Assembly (NCBI GenBank): GCA_965218095.1
Contig: OZ244587.1
Span: forward strand, 1,184,001 to 1,248,000
Direction: 5' to 3'
DNA: 64,000 bases
Source: Candidatus Poribacteria bacterium
Lineage (GTDB): Bacteria; Poribacteria; WGA-4E; PCPOR2b
A program made the position numbers and the translations under genes. The notes under the pieces are model-generated. The model saw nothing but the letters and a program-made list of their open reading frames with translations, did not search any database and was not told the DNA's origin. Positions 20,536 to 28,966 of the stretch are shown here, piece by piece (positions within the stretch are counted from its first letter, which is position 1; every line of letters starts with the position of its first letter).

Positions 20536-20793
20536 TGTCCTGTAACCTTAAATTCCATACATCTGGTAATTGACAATGTTCATGTCGAACGAGTACATCA
20601 GTCACTGCTAATCCAAAATGTTTTGCCGTCAACGGTTCGGGAATATCAAAATCCAAATCTGGACAAAAAATATCCCCCAAGCCATTGATCCATTTACTTC
20701 TTTCGAGTGGTTATAGGATGACTACATCGCCTTCCAATATAGGCTATTTGCTGTGAAGAATACAACAAATTTTCCAATGTAAACAACAAGCCC

Positions 20794-20822
20794 ATCTTAT
20801 CAGTGGTGAGTGCGTTTGTCAA
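20794..20822 (-). promoter_or_regulatory. sigma70-type promoter reading into the mosaic region
   Basis: TTGACA-N17-TAAGAT. Confidence 0.55.
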
Positions 20823-20859
20823 GAAAAAATCACTCTGTTCTCCCCTCGCCCGCATCCCC

Positions 20860-21876
20860 TTAAATTTCCCCCCGATACTCCCGCTCAAGGGTATTGGTGA
20901 AATCAATCACCCGATCTAACGCCTCACTCGCACGGTCACAAGCCACACCCGTGGTTTCTTCATCGGCGAGCCATTTCTGCCGCTCCGGAATCCAATGCTC
21001 CTTGAGATAGGTCAATTGGTTCATAAAGTGAGGGTCTTCAGTGTCACTGACGAAATATTCAATAACACTGAGCAACCCGTACTTTCGGTTCGTCGGCATG
21101 TCATTCATTTCCGACGCAATTTGACCAGCCAACTGCTGGTTTCGATCCTGCCGCGCCTGCCCGACCTCCTTCGCCGATTCTGTCAATAAACTTTCGACGA
21201 AGGCCTGCTTGGAATTGACCCAGCGAGGTAGACTCTGGACATACTCCTCAAGATCGAACTTGCCGTTGCGCCGGATAGCGGAATAACTGTGGATATGGAC
21301 ATTTCGGAAAAATGCGGTATAGCCGACATTCGGGTCCATCGTGTCAGCATCGTATAGGATCTGATTTTCGACATTCCCGTAGAGAAAATCGAACCGTTCC
21401 TCGGTGAGGTTCATCGGCTTCAGGTGTGCCAGCACAATGGCACGGACAGCGTCAACAAAATCCTGATCGAAATCATACATCGCCAGTATCTTCTCGGTGA
21501 TAACTGCTCCGGACTCATGGTGAACCGTGCCGCCAAGGTTGTTTTCATCATAGAGCCGGGTGACGATGTTCTCTCGGTTCGGCGTGAGCGGTTCATTCAG
21601 CCAGAGTCCATCCGGATTAACGAGCCGTTTGCCATTCTCATCCGCCAAAATTTCACCGTCATACCGCTTGGTAATGTCGTGGAGTGTTCCTGCGACTTCG
21701 AGTTTGGTGACGTCGCCTCCCTCGCGCCTACCGAGCTCCATGCTCATGGCGCGGACCCGCATCGTGTGGTTCCATGTGTAGTACCGCCATTGGAATCCAA
21801 CACGGTTGTGATCCCATAGGCTGTAGGTTTCGGTGACGAGATTTTCAAGTTCGTTTAATACTTGAGAGTAGTTCAT
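20860..21876 (-). CDS. HD-domain protein
   Basis: HTMRV, LHDITK, HHESGA, YDADTMD. Confidence 0.85.
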   Translation of the reverse strand: MNYSQVLNELENLVTETYSLWDHNRVGFQWRYYTWNHTMRVRAMSMELGRREGGDVTKLEVAGTLHDITKRYDGEILADENGKRLVNPDGLWLNEPLTPNRENIVTRLYDENNLGGTVHHESGAVITEKILAMYDFDQDFVDAVRAIVLAHLKPMNLTEERFDFLYGNVENQILYDADTMDPNVGYTAFFRNVHIHSYSAIRRNGKFDLEEYVQSLPRWVNSKQAFVESLLTESAKEVGQARQDRNQQLAGQIASEMNDMPTNRKYGLLSVIEYFVSDTEDPHFMNQLTYLKEHWIPERQKWLADEETTGVACDRASEALDRVIDFTNTLEREYRGEI

Positions 21877-21914
21877 AGATATCTCCTATTGCGTGATGCG
21901 TGATTCATTGACTC

Positions 21915-24326
21915 CTAGCCCGATGCTCTAGCGAAGTGAATGCTGACCTGTACCAGCTCTGTGGTTGAATCGAATTCAAACTCATAGATGGGCCTTTTCC
22001 AGCGAAAGTGGTAATTAGAGCCGTGGCACGCAGTTGCAGCGGGAACATAGCCTTCAGGTACATGAATGAACAATGTTCCTTTGCTGCGCGTGGGGGGCTT
22101 GCAAACCACTAAAAAACTCTGACTTCGCCCATCCCAGCCAGCGGACAGAATCTCGACGCTGCCCTGTGTGAAATGAATATCCGTTGCGAGCAGTTGGGGG
22201 ATGTCCTTTTCTGCGCGAAGACACAACAGCCTGACTGAACGGGATGGTGTATCGAACAGCGTTACCGTATCCCGGACGCTCCCGAGAAATTCACGATTCC
22301 AGAAATCGTGCACGAGGTAGTATTTCGATCGACTCAGGCCGAGCGAATCCAAAGTAAACTCGGCATCTTCCCTTCCATCCCCCCAGTTGAACACACCGAC
22401 CACATTCCAGGACTCGTAGGCGGATCTAACCTTGAGATTCCAGATCTGTGGAAGTATCTTTTCGTAGAGATCGACAGGCATTGCAGCATCTCCGATCAGT
22501 GGAAACACTTTGGCAAGCAATTCTGCCCGCGCCGGCTTGAGTGTCGTGAGGTCATCTGCGCAAGTCACTACGCCGCCACTGAGGGCTGCGACTGTAATCG
22601 CAACAAGCGCTTCATTCAAGGGAAGGGGTTCATCAATGACCAGCGCGCCAAACTCATTTGTCCATGATGCGCTATGCATCGGGAGATGCGCTGCGTAAGC
22701 ATTGGCAATTTGCTTTAGCCCTCGCCGCTCATCCCAGAGTGCTTCCCCGATATAGCTTCTATCACCCGAAAGCACACCATTCAATGCAAAGCCCCCAATG
22801 CTCGGTCCGCTGCACGTATTGCACGCAGCTAAGATGACCTCCTTTTTGCTTTCTTGAATCACCTGATTCAACAACTGGATGCCGAGACGGTAGAGCTCGA
22901 CGCTGGTAAGCGATTGGTCATGCCACACAAAGTTGTCCACATCCGCCATCGGTCCCATCGTGTAAGCGAGCAGATCAGCTTTGACCAGATCGTATCCCCA
23001 TTCATCGATAAGTTGTTGGGTTCGTTCACGAATGTGTGCTTGCGCGCCCGGATGGGATACATCGAGCAAGACAACCTCCGCCCCAGCTTCAGGCAAAACG
23101 AGGGAAGCCGGCTTCTTTTCACTGCGATCTTGCAGGAAATACTCCGGGTGCGTCTCCAGTAGTTTGGAGCTGATGTCTACGCAGAACGGCGAAAATTGAA
23201 TTCCCGCTTTTAGTCCCTTTGAATGGATGCTATCTGCAACCCACTTCATGCCACTCGGGAATTTCTGCGGATTCGCTTCGTGACTTCCGATTGATTCTGC
23301 CCAACGACTTCCAATCTGGATGTACTCCAGTCCACCTGGAATCAAGGGGTAAAATGATTGGCTTTTGGTAATCTGATTAATTTGCTGAGAGATCTGGGTT
23401 GCATTGATCGATTCGTGTTCGCCTGTGTGCGCGCACCAGCCTGAGAAGACACGATCTAGCGATTTCGGCTTCATGTGCTTCGCGACCATCTCTGCGTAGA
23501 GCTGATATGCCTCCGTTGCCTGATTTGCAAAATTCAAGTAAACGGGTTCAGAGCGTACCTCCTCACCTTGATGACAGAGATGGTTCTCGCACTTATGGTA
23601 AAGCGCCCAGTGATTCACGCCATGATTTTCTTCGTTACTCGATTGCGCTTGTACGTCATATCCGACCTGGATAGCTGACCGCCATTTTTGAAAGTTCAAA
23701 AAACCGAAAACAAGCGATCTCCGAGTCTCTGTATCGTAGAAAACACCATTGTAACAGGATTCTGTGGAAGCATCCTGATTAATGCGAAAACCGTCGTGGA
23801 GTTCCCTAACGCTATACGCAATCGGCGTATCCATATCCAGAAAGGTGTGATAACCGGAGGGCGCCCCTCCTAAATAGACGCCGCCTTCGGCTTTGCCGTT
23901 GTGGGGCGAGACATCAATCAAGGCGATCTGTTCTAATGCAACGGGCGCCTCGTTCAAGTTTTCAACACCGACGGTGAATACGAGATAAGGCTTCCTGTGA
24001 TAACATTTCAAGTAGAGGTGGGTCCGCAGCCCATAGCCTTCCGCCTGGTGAGAAAATGTAATTGGCTGGTAGATACCGAACTCATCTTCTGTGGTAGGGT
24101 GCGTTATAAACTCCGAATTTCCCTGGTCTAGTGTTGCTAGAACTGTTCCATCTTGTAAAACAACCTTTATATATGCATCCCTGATAACACTATAATCTGT
24201 TCTATCAATGTAGCTCCAAGTCCCTTTTGAAAGGTTGAAATTGACTCGGAGCAGATTATTTTTCGCTATGACTTGGTTGCCTCGTCGGATAACAGTCAGG
24301 TCGCCAGCTTCTTGTCTCATGCGCAA
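21915..24326 (-). CDS. Alpha-galactosidase-like (GH36/melibiase) protein
   Basis: SGWCA, KFPSGMKWVADSIHSKGLKAGI, LDVSHPGA, WGYDLVKAD. Confidence 0.8.
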   Translation of the reverse strand: MRMRQEAGDLTVIRRGNQVIAKNNLLRVNFNLSKGTWSYIDRTDYSVIRDAYIKVVLQDGTVLATLDQGNSEFITHPTTEDEFGIYQPITFSHQAEGYGLRTHLYLKCYHRKPYLVFTVGVENLNEAPVALEQIALIDVSPHNGKAEGGVYLGGAPSGYHTFLDMDTPIAYSVRELHDGFRINQDASTESCYNGVFYDTETRRSLVFGFLNFQKWRSAIQVGYDVQAQSSNEENHGVNHWALYHKCENHLCHQGEEVRSEPVYLNFANQATEAYQLYAEMVAKHMKPKSLDRVFSGWCAHTGEHESINATQISQQINQITKSQSFYPLIPGGLEYIQIGSRWAESIGSHEANPQKFPSGMKWVADSIHSKGLKAGIQFSPFCVDISSKLLETHPEYFLQDRSEKKPASLVLPEAGAEVVLLDVSHPGAQAHIRERTQQLIDEWGYDLVKADLLAYTMGPMADVDNFVWHDQSLTSVELYRLGIQLLNQVIQESKKEVILAACNTCSGPSIGGFALNGVLSGDRSYIGEALWDERRGLKQIANAYAAHLPMHSASWTNEFGALVIDEPLPLNEALVAITVAALSGGVVTCADDLTTLKPARAELLAKVFPLIGDAAMPVDLYEKILPQIWNLKVRSAYESWNVVGVFNWGDGREDAEFTLDSLGLSRSKYYLVHDFWNREFLGSVRDTVTLFDTPSRSVRLLCLRAEKDIPQLLATDIHFTQGSVEILSAGWDGRSQSFLVVCKPPTRSKGTLFIHVPEGYVPAATACHGSNYHFRWKRPIYEFEFDSTTELVQVSIHFARASG

Positions 24327-24342
24327 TATTCCTCCATCTGAA

Positions 24343-24483
24343 TTATACCCAACGCCGTATCAAATTGCGGTTTTGGTGGCATCCGTCATCCTGAACGAAG
24401 TGAAGAATCTCTTACGTTGAGATTCTTCGCAAAACCTCAGAATGACAGCCGAAAAGCGCAGTTTCTGGCGGTGGGCAGTATAA
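24343..24483. repeat. MITE/REP-like nested palindrome
   Basis: Core GTCATCCTGAACGAAGTGAAGAATCTC...GAGATTCTTCGC...CTCAGAATGAC (24385-24446) inside imperfect outer inverted repeats TTATAC...GTATAA. Confidence 0.65.
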
Positions 24484-24492
24484 CGACTGAAC

Positions 24493-24537
24493 CGTGATGC
24501 GTGATGCGTAAAACGTGAAGCGTAAAATGTAATGCGT
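24493..24537 (+). repeat. Heptamer tandem repeat, about 6 units
   Basis: cgtgatg cgtgatg cgtaaaa cgtgaag cgtaaaa tgtaatg cgt. Confidence 0.75.
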
Positions 24538-24865
24538 CAGGTCGTTTGGGTATTAGGCTCAGGAATGATAACCCCCTAAATTTACTTTCCTAACGCCCAG
24601 CAGTGAAGCAGCGTGGCTGGCTCGCCGCCGACCTGTGATAGCGAGAACGTCTCTTCAGGCTTGAGAAAGATCACGTCTCTCACACCAAGCGTTGATTTCT
24701 CTTGGGTAGTCTTTACCCCTCCGAGTATCCTCCCATTCCAAAAAGTCGCTATCGAAAATCTGTGTCGCCCTTGAGACGTTCACTTTGTGCTTCTGCTGAT
24801 TTTCTCAGTTCTTCTGTTCGTCCCATTCATACTGTATCATAATTGAACCCGCTTAAGACCAATAA

Positions 24866-25564
24866 TCAATAATCATCAAAATACCGGGAATAGTAACTGT
24901 GCCGCCGTCGCCGCTCAAAGAACTTGACCAGAATCAACCCGGCGACGAAACCGCCGATGTGCGCCCACCATGCCACCCCGCCGGAAGTCCCCAAACTACC
25001 AACCACAGCCAGTACAAACAGACCGTTGAACAATTGAGACAGAAACCAAAATCCAAGATACAGCAAGGCTGGGATTTCAATGAACCAGGGCAAAAAGAAG
25101 AGCGGAACTAACGCGAGGATGCGAGCACGGGGAAACAGGAGGAGGTAGGCGCCCGATATGCCAGAAATGGCTCCGCTTGCACCGACCATCGGAATAAGTG
25201 AGCGCGGCGCAATGAAAACCTGCGTGAGCCCTGCGGCAACACCGCACAGGAGATAAAACACGAAATAGCGGAAATGTCCCATCCGATCTTCGATATTGTT
25301 GCCGAAGAGATAGAGCGCCCACATATTGCTAATCAGGTGAAACCAGCCGCCGTGCAGAAACATAGAGGTAAAGATGGTATGAGACTCTAGCATCCAATTT
25401 CGGACCAGGTGCTGCGGCGTCAGCCCAACTATTTGAACCAAGCGATCTAATTGGCCCGGTGTAAGCGATACCTCAAACATAAAAATGAAGACGTTAACAG
25501 CGATGATCAGCCAGTTGACAAAAGGCACACTGCGAGGTCGTACGCTATCTCTAATCGGAAACAT
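24866..25564 (-). CDS. Rhomboid intramembrane serine protease
   Basis: SMFLHGGWFHLISNMW, GASGAISG, AWWAHIGGF. Confidence 0.95.
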   Translation of the reverse strand: MFPIRDSVRPRSVPFVNWLIIAVNVFIFMFEVSLTPGQLDRLVQIVGLTPQHLVRNWMLESHTIFTSMFLHGGWFHLISNMWALYLFGNNIEDRMGHFRYFVFYLLCGVAAGLTQVFIAPRSLIPMVGASGAISGISGAYLLLFPRARILALVPLFFLPWFIEIPALLYLGFWFLSQLFNGLFVLAVVGSLGTSGGVAWWAHIGGFVAGLILVKFFERRRRHSYYSRYFDDY

Positions 25565-25618
25565 GAGTTTGTCCTCTCATCCTTCTGTGGGGTCGGTTCG
25601 CAAATTCGCTGGTTTTCC

Positions 25619-26365
25619 TTACCAGACTTCGTTCGCAATCTCGTAATCCTGCGTGGTGTCGATCTCATAATACCCGCCCGCAACATCCACTTTGTGAATT
25701 TCTACACCGTGCTCAATCATTTCCTGAAAGAGTTGGATTAGATACGCTTTCTGCACCGATGCCGCTCCTTGAAAGGGCATGCCATCGTATTGGCGACAAA
25801 CGCGGTGATAGTGCTCCCGTAGGATTTTCGCCCCACACGGGCTAAACTTAGCGACGCCGATATACTCTCCGTGCGCAGCTTCGGGTGCTATATCGCGGCT
25901 GATTCTTGTGACTCGCGCTCCATCTGCGAGGATTTTTTCACCATCATCTTCGGGGTGGAGTGTACGCGCTGCGTAACGCTCTCGCCAAGCAGTATCAACG
26001 ACAAGCGTGATGTCGTAAGGGGTGTCCATCAACTGCTGCGTCACCCAAGGACGGCAGATAATGTCCGCATAGGTGCAGGCAAAAGGTTCATTCATTTCAG
26101 CTTCGGCGCAAAGGAGAGAGGTCAAGATATTATTATTCTGCCAGTTGGCGTTATGGTAAAAGTGGAAGGTAGGATAATCGTTCTGGATGCGTTGAATCTG
26201 ATATCCGCCGACAAAGACAATATCCTCCACATCTGCTGCACGCCACGCTTCGAGTATCCAATCGAGGATGCGTTTACCTCTGATCTCCGCGAAACATTTC
26301 GGCGTGTTCTCTGTAAGGGGCATGAGCCGCCTGCCTCGCCCCGCACCAATGATAATCGCTTTCAT
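25619..26365 (-). CDS. Phosphocholine cytidylyltransferase-like nucleotidyltransferase
   Basis: IIGAGRGRRLMPLTENTPKC, GEYIG, EIDT..D. Confidence 0.85.
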   Translation of the reverse strand: MKAIIIGAGRGRRLMPLTENTPKCFAEIRGKRILDWILEAWRAADVEDIVFVGGYQIQRIQNDYPTFHFYHNANWQNNNILTSLLCAEAEMNEPFACTYADIICRPWVTQQLMDTPYDITLVVDTAWRERYAARTLHPEDDGEKILADGARVTRISRDIAPEAAHGEYIGVAKFSPCGAKILREHYHRVCRQYDGMPFQGAASVQKAYLIQLFQEMIEHGVEIHKVDVAGGYYEIDTTQDYEIANEVW

Positions 26366-26595
26366 TGTCTAGATGTCTTTCTTTAATCTGAAACTACTTA
26401 TATTTTACACAAGTACAAGCAGATCGTAAACCTTTTTTATCGGATTTTGCCTTAAGAATCTCCGGATACTACGATTTTTCCCTTCTCATTTCTGGGAAGT
26501 TGTGCTAGAATGAACCACTAGTATAGGAGCAAGTTTTGCACTTATATTGATAGAAGGTTACCGGTCGAACAAGACGATAAGTAAGGAGATTTTTT

Positions 26596-27486
26596 ATGTC
26601 AAACGCTAATCCTTTCAAACATCCCGGTCAATGGTATCGCGGCAACACCCACAGCCACAGCACAGAGTCCGACGGAAAGCTGCCGATGGCGGAACGCTTT
26701 GCGGCTTACCGTGAGGCAGGTTACGACTTTTTGGTGCTGACCGACCATCGAAAGGTCAATGATGTTTCCACCTACAGTGATGACGGTTTCCTAGCAATTT
26801 CTGGCAGCGAAGTACACCCCAACAACCCTTACGGCGGCGACACATATCATATTGTCGGTATAAACCTCCACGAACGCATCAACTGCGCCGAGCTACATCC
26901 TAACGCCGTGATCGAGGAGATTAAGCGGCAGGGCGGCGAGGCGGTGCTCTGCCACCCCTACTGGTGTGGACACACGCTGCTGGACTATCTGCCGCTGAGT
27001 GGATACTTCGCGGTTGAAGTCTATAACGACACCTGCATGGGCATCGGCAAGGGCTTTTCCGAACAGGCTTGGGATGACTTATTGGATCGCGGCGGCCCCG
27101 TCTTCGGTATCGCTTCTGACGATGCACACGGCACGGAGCACGACTGTTTTCACGGGTGGGTCATGGTGAAGGTGCCCGAGCTCACCACCGATGCTATTAT
27201 GACAGCGTTTCGCACCGGAGCTTTCTATTCAACCCTCGGGCCGGAGCTGATCGACCTGGAGCTGGTGGACGAAAGCGAAGAGAAAAGGAGCGTCAGCGTC
27301 AAGTGTTCACCTGCACAGTCCATCGTTTTCAAAGCCCAGCGCAGTCGTGGCAAGCGCATCGTTGCCCCCGAAGGGGAGACTCTGACTGAGGCAATGTATG
27401 AAGTGCCGAGCAGCGTCAAGTACGTCCGCGTCGAGATTACCGATGAGACCGGCAAGAAGGCGTGGTCAAATCCGTTTTTCTTTTAA
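26596..27486 (+). CDS. PHP-domain (CehA/McbA-like) metallohydrolase
   Basis: GNTHSHSTESDG, YDFLVLTDH, CHPYW, EVYN, SDDAH. Confidence 0.88.
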   Translation: MSNANPFKHPGQWYRGNTHSHSTESDGKLPMAERFAAYREAGYDFLVLTDHRKVNDVSTYSDDGFLAISGSEVHPNNPYGGDTYHIVGINLHERINCAELHPNAVIEEIKRQGGEAVLCHPYWCGHTLLDYLPLSGYFAVEVYNDTCMGIGKGFSEQAWDDLLDRGGPVFGIASDDAHGTEHDCFHGWVMVKVPELTTDAIMTAFRTGAFYSTLGPELIDLELVDESEEKRSVSVKCSPAQSIVFKAQRSRGKRIVAPEGETLTEAMYEVPSSVKYVRVEITDETGKKAWSNPFFF

Positions 27487-27573
27487 GCTCAATCTGTAAA
27501 TGACGTGCCAGAGCATGTCCAAAGAATCTCACTGTCAATACTGAGAAAGGTGAGCAACGTTTAACAAGTACCG

Positions 27574-27623
27574 GCGATTGCCTCCCGCTCCCAAAATAGG
27601 CGTGGACAGGCAATCGCCCTTTT
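27574..27623 (+). terminator. Possible intrinsic terminator
   Basis: ggcgattgcct...aggcaatcgcc followed by a T run. Confidence 0.4.
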
Positions 27624-27709
27624 GCCCGCTGTTAGTATTGTAGAGACAATTCCCTGTGTCTGTTCGCTTGTTGTCCGGCGATGTCCCGTCTTGTAGGAGA
27701 ATTGGCAAT

Positions 27710-28354
27710 ATGAAATCCTATAGTAAGACGATGCCCATTATCTCAAGTGTGGTGGCCGTGGGAGTTCTCTTTATTGTGTCCGTGGGAGCATTAGTCATGC
27801 CCATGCCACGAAACCTATCTTCACTGACACCCGCGGAAGAAGAATACCTCAACAAGAATCTTGCGACGAGGCGAATCTCGGAGGAAGATTTCCCGATGAT
27901 TATCCGCCGGATGCGCCGTGACCCCCAACGGGAAGGTACGTTGAAACGTGCAATTAATAACGATTTCAACGCCCGGTTTTCGCGTGATGTCCACGATATC
28001 AGCCGTGCGGTCCGTGATCCGTTGATTGTTTGGGATACGACCAAACAGTACTTTGAGCAAACGGGCATCCCGAAAGGGTTAGGCAAGATAGGCTTGTCCA
28101 TGATTACGAGCCCGTTTCGAGTTGCGGAGGAACTCATATCGGAACGACAAGAGCACCCTTTGAGGACAAATGTGGTGGCGTTAGCTTGGGGGGTACTGAT
28201 CTCTGTAAGCTTAACGGCATGTTTAGCAGATTTTCGCAATACGTTCGGCTACCCACATTTGGCACCCGTTATCCTGCAGAGTCCAAAAGTTTTGTGGAAA
28301 TTCACGCTGGATAGAATCAGGGAACTGTCAAAGGCGATACAGGGTAAAGAGTGA
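27710..28354 (+). CDS. Hypothetical membrane protein
   Basis: Hydrophobic segments near both termini; ATG after AGGAGA. Confidence 0.6.
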   Translation: MKSYSKTMPIISSVVAVGVLFIVSVGALVMPMPRNLSSLTPAEEEYLNKNLATRRISEEDFPMIIRRMRRDPQREGTLKRAINNDFNARFSRDVHDISRAVRDPLIVWDTTKQYFEQTGIPKGLGKIGLSMITSPFRVAEELISERQEHPLRTNVVALAWGVLISVSLTACLADFRNTFGYPHLAPVILQSPKVLWKFTLDRIRELSKAIQGKE

Positions 28355-28474
28355 CTTCTCTTTGTAGGAACAGGTTTCAAACCTGCACTACCTTACAGCA
28401 CCTGCAAATTGACAGGTAAGGCATGGAGGGATACCAAGTCTACAAAAACAGGTCTGTCTAATAGAGTGAAGCTT

Positions 28475-28966
28475 GTGCAAACTCTTCTTCAAATCTGGAA
28501 AATATATCTTGATACTTGTTGTTTGAATCGTCCTTTTAATGATCAGACGCAAGCGCGGATTCGCCGTGAAACTGAAGCCGTTCAGACAATTCTCGCTCGG
28601 TTTTTCACAAGTGACTGGCAGTGGGTTACTAGCACGGTTCTAGTGAATGAAATCAGCAAAACCCCTGGTGCAGCACTACGCGATGATATGGAAGCCTTAC
28701 TAAGTCTTGCACATCAAAATGTCTCGGTTGGTGCGTCGGAACAAACGCGATGCACACCACTTAAATCGTTGGGATTTAAGTGGTTGGATGCTTTGCATAT
28801 TGCCTGTGCCGAAAGCGGTGGAACGGATATCCTTCTAACTACAGACGATCGGATGCTTAGAAGGGCGAAACGCTTCCATTCGCAACTTCGCGTTCGTGTT
28901 GAAAACCCTTGCACATGGTTAGAGGAGATCGCTGAAGATGAACATACGAGATCTGCTAGAAGCTGA
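28475..28966 (+). CDS. PIN-domain (VapC-like) nuclease toxin
   Basis: IYLDTCCLNRPFNDQTQARI, DALHIACAE, LLTTDDR, VENP; start position uncertain. Confidence 0.88.
   Translation: MQTLLQIWKIYLDTCCLNRPFNDQTQARIRRETEAVQTILARFFTSDWQWVTSTVLVNEISKTPGAALRDDMEALLSLAHQNVSVGASEQTRCTPLKSLGFKWLDALHIACAESGGTDILLTTDDRMLRRAKRFHSQLRVRVENPCTWLEEIAEDEHTRSARS

Noticed and set aside
15466-20731. Possible outer IS1595 (GGCnnTG-type) termini GGCAGTGTCTACA and GGCGATGTAGTCA enclosing the mosaic
   Set aside because: Only 8/13 match, and the flanks (TCTATCGG vs TTCCAATA) show no target duplication.
20807-20814. TGAGTGCG as the right end of the second IS1595 element
   Set aside because: It is not followed by the expected TTCTTTTA or by helicase sequence, and it lies in the spacer of a good promoter.
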